A DNA stretch of 64,000 bases from Strigamia acuminata (Eukaryota). A program made the translations under genes and the position numbers. The stretch covers positions 21,018,001-21,082,000 of the forward strand of contig OX442314.1 in NCBI GenBank assembly GCA_949358305.1. Reading direction: 5' to 3'. Under the pieces are notes generated by a model. The model had not been told where the DNA came from. It did not search any database and saw only the letters and a program-made list of their open reading frames with translations. Positions 13,568-25,100 of this stretch are shown here, one piece after another; position 1 is the stretch's first letter; the number at the start of each line of letters is the position of its first letter.

Positions 13568-13865
13568 ACAGAACCTAGATTTTTGCCACAATTTCTTAGT
13601 GTTCTTGATCAATTTTGACATTTATTTTAGTGATTTTGTTCAATTTTGACATTTATTTTAGTGATTTTGTTCAATTTTGACATTTATTTTAGTCATTTTG
13701 TTCAATTTTGACATTTATTTTAGTAATTTTGTTCAATTTTGACATTTATTTTAGTCATTTTGTTCAATTTTGACATTTGTTTTGATTATTTTGGTCAATT
13801 TAGAGCCGTGTCGTTCAGGATATCATGTTGACTGGGTATCCCGCGTTCTATTAGAGCATTTATGG
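13568..13865. mobile_element. Second copy of the 10321-10540 MITE, with an expanded 31-bp minisatellite at 13610-13795 (6 units)
   Basis: Shares acagaacctagattt and the right TIR cccgcgttctatt.gagcatttatgg. Unit CAATTTTGACATTTATTTTAGT(G/C)ATTTTGTT starts at 13610, 13641, 13672, 13703, 13734 and 13765. The left TIR is missing. Confidence 0.8.
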
Positions 13866-14413
13866 ATTTGTAATTGGAAATGAATTTATTCTAAAAAGAT
13901 ACGGAGTATAAAATAATGATTTGATGGAATATTTTATTTATTTCTAAAGTACCGCTAAAAGTTACTCGTAGACATCAATCATGCAGTTCATATAAAATTT
14001 CAAATACTCAAGTATTAATGGAATAATGTAAATCACGTGATTTCAACATCACTGTCATCTCAATCGTTGACAGCTCATTTTTTTCTCCGTCGAGACAAAG
14101 TACACCGAAGATTATTGCTTTTTTGCTCGAAGAGAATAAAACTATCAACTTTTGAAGCATCGATTTGATTGGCTAATTAAAATTGAAGCAAAAAGCAAAA
14201 TTAGTTTGCAAAGAGGAAAATCAGTTTTATCATTCCAGTACTCTTTAAATTTCAGTGACAGATGAATTTAAAAAGAAAAAAGTAAAAAATAGAAACGGTC
14301 ATTAAATTAAGTAACCGCTACGGCGCTGGGTGTAAAATGATTGGTTTATTACTGGCAAACTTCCAAGTCGACTTAATACATTAAACACAAGTGTAGGTGC
14401 AAAATAATTTCAG

Positions 14414-15016
14414 TGGAAACCGCCTTTGCTGCAAATGCTACGTGCAAACTAGCAGTTACTCGCAACAAGCGAACTTTATTAAAAGTTACGCCGTTGTTTG
14501 TGGGATTTGCACTTGTTACGCAGGCGCAAACTTTTGAACAGTATTTACGAGCCAATATGGGGTTTAAAAAGAGGCGAAGCCCTGCTCTAGCGAAGGCAAA
14601 TCCGAAGCGTGGCATGACTTTTTGTATGCTGCTGAAGGGGTCATGACTCGAAGGGTAATGAAGGCCAAGCCAGTATTGGATGGAGTGTGCTGGTGCTGCT
14701 AGCAACTCCCTCTCGTGCTGTCACGTGACATTCGTGACTCCGGAAAGCAGCTTGAGCCCAGCTGCCTTTGCAGTCAGTTGTGTCGATATCGGGCGATAGA
14801 GGCACCTCTCGGGTTCGTGCGGTTGTGCGGTCACTTGGCTAAAGCCCTCTTTGCTAACTCCTCTGTGACCAGGGAAAGAGGATTCTGTTGACTTGACACC
14901 CCGGCGCAATGCGACTGGGCTTGCACCTGTCCACCAATCACGCAGCGGGGATCTGGAGACGACTTCTGCATGTGCTTCGACGTCTCGTGACACTAACACC
15001 TGTGCACCTGTCACAG
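14414..15016 (+). other. Candidate upstream exon (GC-elevated island bounded by splice-like sites)
   Basis: aatttcag| before 14414 and CAG|gtaaaa after 15016. The GC-richer composition stops close to the donor. Confidence 0.3.
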
Positions 15017-15323
15017 GTAAAATGGTTTTTGCCGCTGCGCTCTCTTTTTATTTCTTATTTAACTGGTGGTTGGGTAATCTCTTTGGCAAAAAGTGGCTCG
15101 CTATTAGGACTTGTGGTTTTCACTCATCTTATTTAGTTATTTAGAGCAATTTGAAAAGTTGAGAGAAGATGAGAGAGCTTTTAGGCAAATTGAAAGATGC
15201 GAGAAATGATTTTTTTATGAATTTATTCGGGGTATAGCTTGCTTGAAATTTGAGGCAGCTGTGAATGCTGAAATTATTTTTATTTTTATTTTTTAAAGAA
15301 TGTAAAGTCTAAATGATTTAATA

Positions 15324-15801
15324 CACAGTTTGCGGCAGGTACTTTTTCCTTATAAAAACCTCCGTTAAAGTTTATAAGTATAGTAGAAAACTTGTAACTT
15401 TACCGGAGTTTACACTGTAACTGAAAATATAGCGTAGCCAATCCGGTAGTTTTTCACTATTTACGTCACTGACTAAAAATTTGGATTAGGATTGATCTCT
15501 TTCATTTTGAATTCTCCGCTTTATTCATGCGTGGAGCACATGTTACGGTTTATCTAATTGTTTGTGCTTTTAATTCTTTTAAATTCACAATAATAAAGTT
15601 GCAGTATTGTACTGCAACAGTTAAAAACATGAGTTCTCTCTCTATATGCGAATGAGACATTACTTGTCTCGGTAATTACGTGAAATGTGTAAGGTTAACT
15701 CTAAGTTAAAACTTCAACCGCTACCCACTTTTACCTTACACTAAATATAGTGTAAAAAATGTCTAAATTGTAAGGGAAAAAAGTACCTGCCGCAAACTGT
15801 G
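15324..15801. mobile_element. Tc1/mariner-type MITE, 478 bp, with perfect TIRs
   Basis: Perfect 28-bp inverted repeat AATACACAGTTTGCGGCAGGTACTTTTT (15320-15347) / 15778-15805, which includes the flanking TA. Confidence 0.85.
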
Positions 15802-16425
15802 TATTGTGTTTAAGTGTGTTTTCGTTTATTTTTATTGCAATTATGTGTTTTATTTCGATCATATGTTTTTTAGATTAAGTTTTGTCATTTGTTATATTTT
15901 ATATGGTTCGAGGGTGGTTTTACGTTCCCTCTTGTATGCAAATTGTGCGCCACCATGGTCCCTGCTGACCGGAAGTGGACCCCAAATATGTGTAGAATTT
16001 TATGTAAATCCGCGCGCTTGCCACGTGTCTTGTTTTAACCAGCAAAGAAGTAAAGTTTGTAATGTTATTTTAACCATCGCCTCGTTACTTGCAACAATAC
16101 CCATCGCTGTGACGCCGGATTCATTTGTAAATCGCAAAAATAATGAACCGCGTCTTCTCGCCGTTTTGCTTCTGCAAAAGTTAAGTGTTGAAGCCAAGTG
16201 GGAGATGATTATTATTACGAAAAATATGCCATGATCTCATCTGAATATATCCACATTAACTAAACATGATGAAATGAGCAAATCTGTTGTAATGGGGGAA
16301 TTAAAATTTGTGCGTTGATATTGCTACGAATTAATGCGTATTTTCGAAATCCTCATACAGTTAAAGCCAGCGGCTCAGTACGATAAGCTGAACGCCAGTA
16401 AATCAAAGGTATTTATTTAATAGGG

Positions 16426-16471
16426 TATAAAAAGGTGTAGTACACCTATCATCATCACATCTCAGGTGAGC
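16426..16471 (+). promoter_or_regulatory. Candidate TATA-Inr core promoter with a micro first exon and splice donor
   Basis: TATAAAA at 16426; Inr-like ATCACAT with its A at 16457, 31 nt downstream; CAG|GTGAGC donor at 16466. Confidence 0.35.
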
Positions 16472-19400
16472 AGAGGGGGGTAGTCTCGAGGGAAATCAGG
16501 GAGAAATCTTGACGAGAGGCACGCAGTGCGAAATATATCCCTTTATAGAAAAAGTGAGGTGCTTTGCATTATGTTTTAATGCGTGAGTCTTCAGCACCCT
16601 ATCTACTGGATGACACTTTAATGATATGAAAGTGATTAATATTTCATGATGTGTTGTTTACATTCTTAAAAATTTGATAACCCAAGGATAAGGCGAGACG
16701 GATAAAGATATTTCTGCTATTTAAATGATTTTTTTTAAAACATTTGGCGCACTATGCGTTTAAGTAATTTATTTCGACGTTGGGTGGCGCTCTTTAGGTA
16801 TTTATCGAACGCTTTGCTCGTTCTTTTCCCACATTATTACATTAGATAATTTCTGTGTTGCTCGTATCTGAAATAAATTATGGGCTGTGGTAAAGCAATT
16901 TTATTGCTTAAATGGATTGTAGTTTTTCGAATCGAGAAATTCAAAATGCGCAGGCAGACTAAATAACGTTAAGAATAGAGTTACGGTCGTCTTGCTAGTA
17001 AGTACATTGCAGAAGCATGTTTGGCGTGAGTGGTGAGTTGTTCCCAATTTCTGTGCTAGTAGGTTTTTGGATAAGATCTGAAGTAGACAAGCAATTGGAT
17101 GGGTTTGGATGTGTATGTTTGAGCTCCACTCTTTAACAAATATGACAAGTCGTACTAGGAACAAACACAATTGCTGCTTATGTGTTGACAGCTGTTGTCT
17201 TTGTTTGTATTCGAAGTTTCCAAGCTGCTCTGGGTTTCGTACTTAGGAAATGATGTTATCGCAACGTACGGATAATGTTTTTTAAAATATCACTTGTTTG
17301 CTGTATTTTTTATGAAGATTTTATTGTCAAGATACACATTTTCGAGGGAATTTTGAATTGTAATGCAATAGAATATTGGATTTTAAAGGCTCAGGTGCCA
17401 TGGGGTGTTCAGCTTGTTTCCTACAGTTCTCACCCGGTATCTTGATGTCAAATTCATACTGTGCATCACTTTCTCCAGCATGCATTTAACATGGCGGTTG
17501 TCAAGCTTGTTGCTCACGCTGTAAAATACTTTTGTTAATGAGTTTATTGCTGTTTATTTATTTTATTTTAGCATTATTAGATTTAATACTAGACTTAAAA
17601 ACTGCTAAATAAGAATTTTGGCGCAAATTGTTGTAAGTTTCCACAAAATTTAATAACAAAGCAGAAAAAAAATAGGTTTCTGTCCTCGCAAGTCGCAAGG
17701 AAATGAAATGTTCGTTTAGAAATGTCTTAGTCATTAGAAGACTTTGGATGAGGGCAATCGAAATAATTATGGGGGCATCTTAAGTCAGACGGCCTCGGGC
17801 TTTTACAAGTTCTAATCTGGTCCTAGACGAATCACGTGAATCTGAGTCTTTTAGGTTAAAGGGCGAGTTATTTAAGACCAACTAAGCTTGGTGATTTGCA
17901 TTTAGCATAAGGTAAAAATTGTTCGGATTTGTGTTTCGGAGATTAATCGGAACTGGGAAATCTGAGCCTGTGGACTGTGGTCGGAGGAGTAAAGGCAACG
18001 TCTGCCTGGATTTAAAGTTGAATTTTTATCTGTCGGCTGCGAATAACTGAATAAGTATAAGCGCACGAATCAAATTTGTTTCTAGGAACGTCTTAGAAAG
18101 ACGGGATGAGTTTGAATTTTTTTACGTGCTAGAAAAACATGTAATAATAGAAATATCATTAGTTTTCTAAACAAACAGCTTTTGTTTTCTTTGTAAGACT
18201 AGGAAATGAGTATTAAAGAAGAACAATAGAGTCAACGCGATGGCAAATGGCATTAATATTTAATTTATTACCAGTACTGCACTTTGCACTTTATTTACTG
18301 TTGATAAGTTGGTGGTTGTGGAACATTCATTTTACATTCAAATGGGAAGTATCGATCGACTAAATGGGTTTACAACTGATATAATTATTGAAATCAAACC
18401 ATTTAGCTGCTTTGTAAAAAGTAATATTATAAATTAAGTGGATTATTTGAATTGTTCTCATTTTGTTTTGGATTTTGTTGATGGTGGGTCGCATCGTGGG
18501 GTGGTGATCTAATCACGGGGCCTGCAGCAAACGTTTTTACACGGTCCCATCCCTTCCTCTTTCCTCGTCAGCTGTCAAGTCTTCAAACCTGATAGCCAAA
18601 AGTCGTAACCTGTGCTCAAATAATGCCAAAAGATGATTTCACGGTCTATATTTTAAATCTCAGCAAAAATAGTTGAAATGTTTTAGTTTTTCTTACAATT
18701 TTTTTTAAAAAAATTTTCTTGGCCGAACCTACGGACTGGGCGGACTGGGCGCACGAACTGTTAAAGTTAAGCCAGTGATTTAAAGCAAAACAAGAGGTGG
18801 GTTCATTCCTAAACATCCGTTAGACGTTTTTTTTTTTTTTTTTTTAAAAAATAATTTATTTGAGCCATTTAAAAGATTAATACAGTGTGAAGTCGAGAAT
18901 TAAATTACCTGAAATTTGGCAATTACTTAAAAAGCAGTAAAGATAATAGTGTAGTTTGTAAATAAGCGCCGTACATATTCGTATAAACACTGTCCTTGTG
19001 TTCATAACCCTAATTGATGAGACAGGAAGCTCAAAAACAGTGCTATTACACAGTTGAGTGCGCCTGCTTTTCTGTTCATCCATCCAAGTTAAAAGGAAGA
19101 AAGCGGCTGTATAGGGCCGGGTAAAGAAAAAGTGTGTAGGGGGCATGGGAGGGCAGCGAGGAAATTTTCCCAACATGCAGTGGTGACAATTGGCTATCCC
19201 GACGGAGGGCCTTAATGGAGACGAAGTCGTGGTGGAGAATCAATTTGGAGACGCTTGACTGGCCCTGCCCACGGGCTATCGCGATATGGGCGCCACCAAC
19301 TGAAAAGAAATGGACTCGGAGAGAAAATTTTATGACTGAGTGTTGTAGTTTCTTTCGGAATGACACCTGCAATGTTTGGAGTTAGCTACGAGTGCAGGTG

Positions 19401-20354
19401 TTGATTCAGCAGTTGCTGCTCTTGGGGATTGTGGGGGATGGTAAAGGGTTGTTGAAAGGACCTTTATGGCAAGTTTGTAGCATTTCAATTGACTTTTGTG
19501 TGCACTGCTGGTTTGTGTCTGAATTCGCTTTGAATATTTTGCTTGCTGTTTGGTAACTGGAACGGGGTGTTTGGGTTTTCTCGGACTTTTTATAGTGCCA
19601 ATATTGAAAAAAAATACATATACGTCTTTTTATTTTCTTTCTTATTTTCTTTATGGGTGTTTTCGTTTGAATTGAGTTGTTTGGTATTGTGATGGTAAGT
19701 GCGAATTGGAATTTGAAATCAGATTGCTGGTTTTGAAGAAGGGTAATTGAATGGTAATTAATAAGGTTATGATGATTGAGTTTGGTTTTATTACAGTACC
19801 TAATAAGTGAATAAGTAACTTTTTTATCGTTTTAATTTAGTGATTAGGTAGGAATGTTTCCGAGGGCAACCATTGGGGTTACTGAATCGGCTCGATTTTC
19901 AGCCGCAGTGGTGAATTTTATTAGATTACAGTCGATTACAGTGGCCATGGTTTCATTGGAGGGAACATTCCAAAATGAAGAATACCCAATGAAATATTTA
20001 GTTTACGTTGTATCACAAATACGACAGATGCTGTTAAATAATTCACGTCTTTTTATGCAAAATCTTTGGGCTAGGCTACTTGGTATAAATACTTAATAGG
20101 GACTTTATCTCAAAGTGCTCAGTCTTTGCTGGCAACAATCTGAAAATTGATTTAAGGGAGGGAATCCATCTGAGAATAAACAGTTTTTTTTTTTTGGTTT
20201 GGAAAAGTGTGCATTTTTTGCAAGGACATGTGAATAAAAGAAAGAAAATGAGAAATTTTGCAGAAATATTCTGACGTTAGAAAATGTTAAAAATGAGAGG
20301 TTAGATCACAGAATTTGATTAAATCAGTAATTTAAGAATAGCTTATTTAATTTA

Positions 20355-20419
20355 CCGTATTTCTTTGATTCTAAAACGCCATCGATTGTAAGATGCGTCT
20401 TAGAATCGAAGACATACAG
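20355..20419. mobile_element. Minimal 65-bp Tc2-like MITE (two TIRs and a 15-bp spacer)
   Basis: TA|CCGTATTTCTTTGATTCTAAAACGC-catcgattgtaagat-GCGTCTTAGAATCGAAGACATACAG|TA; 21/25 TIR match. Confidence 0.8.
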
Positions 20420-21943
20420 TAATTTAAATATGCATATGTAATACAACTAGCGTGTTATTTATAAATACAAAGTAGCACATTTTATTCTATATTCGAGACA
20501 ACACCAACGGCAACTCATTGAGAATTTTTGTTTACATTGAACATCAACAAGTGTTTTGTGCACAAGGATTTTGTCAGCGTTAGCTTTCCCTGGGGGTGTG
20601 TTTTATCATTCTGGGGGATTTGTTCTATTTAAATGTTCGTTTTGATTAATAAAGACAGTCTAGTTTAGACAATCATCGTAACTGGTTGTCTCAGTCATTC
20701 TCTCATGGCGCAGTCGACGAAAAGGACTTATGGGACGAAGAAGTTGAAACAGTTGTAATTAGTTGGAAGTTGTTGTTGGCGATTTGGATGAAAAGCGCGT
20801 GGGCTTGACATTTTCGAAGATTGCACAGATGTGGAGAATTTGGCGACGTATTACCTATTTCCTTATTTAAGAGATACGGTATGTAAAAACAATGATTTAA
20901 ATTTCTTGATATTTATTGCAATATTCTGTCTCGAATGAAGTCTACCATCTGAAACAAACTTTCTCACCTTAATTATAAAACTACTTATATAAATCTGAAA
21001 GAAGATGAAGGAAAGAAAGTAAGAAACCAACCTGGAAAGTAAAACAAAATATATATTGCATATATATACATGGAAAAAAAATGAAATTTTTTTTCCCCTA
21101 GCGTGTGGCCTAGGATATTACCTGGCTCTATATGCATTTGGCAGATTCAACAGTTCTATTTATACCTCACCTCTTTCTCCTCAATTTGAAGACTGCTCTT
21201 GGGAGACATTGCTCCCTTACTTTTTGCTTGCGGCCACAAGACCCAGCTACTAGTATTATGATATGCGTGCGGGTATCATATGCGGAAACTGGGTATCCCA
21301 TCTGAGGAATAAGATTAAAGATAAATTGAGTTTGAGACTTGGTCCCTTCTCCTCCTGGCTATGTCTATAGTGCCATCAACTCTGCAAGAGATGTGCTTTC
21401 ATCCTGCTAGTGATGTCTTTGGCATTTTGAAAGAGGAAAAACTTTAGCCCTTATTCGCTTCGATATACGCCTACGGCTTGATAGGATGTAAGTGTGTAAT
21501 TTTGTCACTATATTTAGGCGAACATGGGGATGAGATTTTTCAGAAGTAAGGTAAACATAAAAAAGGGGACGGTTGAATTAAAGCTGAGGTTTCGGGCATG
21601 TTTAAGGCGTTATTACCTGATTATTGATACTTGGGTTTGTTATGGGGAAGCAGTCTCAATTAATTTGTTAAAGCGAGGTAGATTTACTGTAATGGGTTTG
21701 GATTGGAGCTAATGGTGAAGAGAAATTGGTAATCACACATGTTGTCAAAAGTGCTTAAGCCTGGCTTTAAAGAGTTATTGATGCAATACAGATAATAAAA
21801 TTGTTTAAAATATGGAGGTCATTTAATGAGTCAAATATTACTAAAAGTCATATTCAAGCTTGCCACGAATTCAAGTTAGTAAACTGGACTATTTGTTTGG
21901 TCTCCAAATAGTTTATTCTAATTTTTTTTTTTACAAGTTTTAC

Positions 21944-22100
21944 TATACCTGCAGTTTTCGTTGGTATCTTGATTCAAACAGTAAATTTTATTTTTTACAC
22001 ACGAAAATATAAAAGTTTAAAATTGTTTATTGCACGCGAGTGAATAGTGCCGTTGCCTGTTATTATTTCTAAAATTCATGTAGTTATTGCGTTTATATGT
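21944..22100 (+). repeat. Dispersed repeat family B, representative copy
   Basis: AAAATTGTTT..GTGAATAGTGCC.TT.CCTGTTATTATTTCTAAAA.TCATGTA is shared with about 39033-39185. The 5' part (ATCTTGATG.CAAATTCA) also occurs at about 17418-17460. Confidence 0.7.
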
Positions 22101-25100
22101 GCACAGATAGGGTTTGTCAGTTTGATAGTTCGAGAGAAGTTCTCGCAATAGAGAAATTGAAAGGCCACTCTTTCGTGTCGAACTAGCATTTTCAACTGAT
22201 ATTTTATTTTGCCACTTTACGGCGCCACAAAGTTATGACATATGTTTAAACCTTTTTTTTTGGTTTCTGACATACGTTTATGGGTAATTACTTTTATATT
22301 AAAATTTAAATCGGGTACGGATTTAACTATAAAAAAAGAATATAAAATGTATACATCAAAATATATCGATTAAAAAGAGGAAAAAAATAGTTTTGAAGGC
22401 AAGATGTCAGAAAAGAAGGCTTACCTCAACTTTACACAGACACAACAATACGTGGTAACGGGCTATAAATGAAATTTTGGACAAAGGAAAAAGATTGTCT
22501 TAATTTGGTGAAGTTTTGCTTCAGAAAACGTTAACTGAAAGAAAGAAATGGTTGGATGTCAATATTTTTGTCTGTACAGTAGTGCCTCAAGGACTATATA
22601 TGAAAGACAAGACAAAAGGGAAGTCGAGTATAGAAGAATGAAGAGAGAGGAAAAAGAGAAAGGGAAAAAAGTGATGTATTATAATGAAAATCGATAAAAT
22701 TCAAAAGTCGGTGGAAAATAGGAGATGGATGTAGCTAAAATGAAAAAGTTGTTTTCCAAGAAGTTTACCGGTCAGATTGAACTCGGCTAGGGCACCAGGG
22801 ACTTAAACAGGTACAACTTTAATGCATTAATATTGCATGTGAATCGGTAACCATATTTTAACTTATGTGTTTGTACGGTCTCTTAAAGAGTTGTTGTGTT
22901 ATAATAGAAAGATGGGCTTCAGTAACAGTACAGTAGAGTATTTTGTAAACTTGATCATTTAGTTTTCTCGAGGATATATTACAGTGTTGGAAAAAATTGA
23001 ATTAAATGATTCAGCATGTGGCCAGTAAATTGGAATAAAGTGGTCATCTGCTTCCACTCATTTTATGAAATTACGTTAGTTTAATTTGCTTTAATAATTC
23101 AATTTGGACCACGAAATAGATTTTTATTGAGTTTTCGGAGCTTTAAGTTTGATGTTTTGTTCGAGGCTTAGTTTCGATTTCCATTAACTTCTGTATCTGC
23201 GACTACTTGTTTACAATTTATTTTGAAAGTACATTTTGAAATCCAGGTTTTTGAGGCTTACATAAAGAGGCAGTACAGTCATTTCAATTTGTTTATATTT
23301 TTTTAAACTTTGAATTCTCGAAATTAAATTGAAGTAATCTTTGATGAAAAACTGATTAGAATTTTGACTTATCTTGATATTTTGCTGAGATGAATAAAAA
23401 TCATGCTTTTTGGGTAAAGACAAGATTTGTTGTAATAAAAAAGGGGTTTACATTTCTTAAAACAGGAACAAAGGGTAAAAACTGAGAAAATATGACAAAA
23501 AAACATGACTCCCGTTTTCGCGTCATCCGATCTCGGATACAAAAGCGCCGCCACGATATTGGCTTCCCTGTGCGACGTCGTGCATCAACGCGCGTCTCCT
23601 TGTTCCTAAAACACTCTAGTTTTCACATGAACCCGTAACTTGTAAAATTTTATGAATGCGCCTAAGTGTCTTGAGCATTTTGTTTGTTTTACAAAAATTT
23701 ATGTAACCGTGTAGAAAAGGCAATTAGCGATATCTTTTGTTTAGAGCCGTTCGAAATTCTCACTTGTATTAAGCAGGCACTTCAACTAAGCTAATTTTCA
23801 GAAGCTTAACATCATCAGATTAACCTCAATACGATACTGCTGGTCCAGATCTGATTGCAGTTTTGCTTTTAGTGATCTTAAATAAAATATAAGACATTCC
23901 AATTCTATTTGGAATCACTCTTCATTGAATGAAAGTTAGAAACGACAGCATATCCATACTTCAACTTCAGCTCAACTTTGAGTAATGGCGTAGCCATACC
24001 TCACATTTATAGATTCTGTAACCCAAATCTGGCTTAATTTAAATTCAGCTCAAATTGTGATTGATGTTATTGATGTAATTAAAACATGTGTAATTATAGG
24101 AGCCCTTAGGGTACAATGAATGAATTAAAGGAGTATGTCGGGAATTTTAATGTTGAGACACATTCACAAACAAATGATGTTTATACAGAACTAAACCACT
24201 GTTGACAAATTTGTCTGCCACTTGATTTTTATAGTTTTTAGCAAATGGACCCATAAACTTTTGCCTAATTCACACTTAAATCACTTTTCTACAGAATCCA
24301 TCCAGCTTTTAGAAACTCTTGTGTTCACACTTTTTTTGGCTGCGGAGCGCTTTACGTGCATAAAACTTACGGAGTCCCAGTGGGCCCACTTCTTGCATGT
24401 GTTGTGCTTATCGATGAAATGATTAATACATTAGTAGATGTTCTAATTTTCTGAACTTTTGTACTACATTTATCAACTCGTGTGTTACTTGTCATATTTA
24501 TGAGTAAGGGACTGGAGATGGGCCCTAGAAGCACAATTTTAGAAACACTGGTCTAGACCGTAAGAAAAGGACATGAAGTATAGATCAAAGCTGCACATTG
24601 GTGCAAAAAATTGATCAAAGGACAAAACATTGCAATTTCTGTATTGAAGTCTCAAGCAGCATTTTGTAGCAATGACATGAAATGATAGAGAAACACTAAA
24701 TCAATAATTATGTACGTTTTTTCATTCAACGGACTCTGCATAGATCCCTTAATGTATTAAAGGTTGCTTCTGACACGCAAGTGAACCATGCAATCTTAAG
24801 GTCATTGTAGTTTGTTGTTTGTTGTTTGTCTCAAGCTTATGGGTTATAGAAGTAGATTAAACGTAAATGTTTGAAGGATTCAGCAAGAAATTTTTTTGAC
24901 ATTTAATAAATATTAAATTTTATTTATTAAATTGCCTTTGTTTGTTTTGTATATTGTGACTCCCCACTGCACAGTACATCTATTGATGTTTATTTATTGC
25001 AGATTATAGTTGTTGTTCCACGAACTTTAAAAGCTTCACATGAGTTAATTAATTTTTTCATATCAAATTGCTCTTTACTAAGAGAAATTTTATCTCTGGA

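Noticed and set aside
15324..15350. CACAGTT terminus as a Transib/RSS-like end
   Set aside because: No 5-bp TSD and no nonamer at a 12/23 spacing; the TA flanks fit Tc1/mariner better.
19076..19400. GC-richer patch with 98-99 aa minus-strand ORFs and inverted CACCTG/CAGGTG E-boxes
   Set aside because: No recognisable protein similarity or consistent exon boundaries. It may be an enhancer, but that cannot be supported from sequence alone.
24520..24560. hAT-Charlie-like terminus (CAGTGTTTCTAAAA next to TCTAGA, - strand); similar lone hAT-like ends at about 8913 and 25718
   Set aside because: No partner TIR or matching 8-bp TSD was found, so element boundaries cannot be supported.
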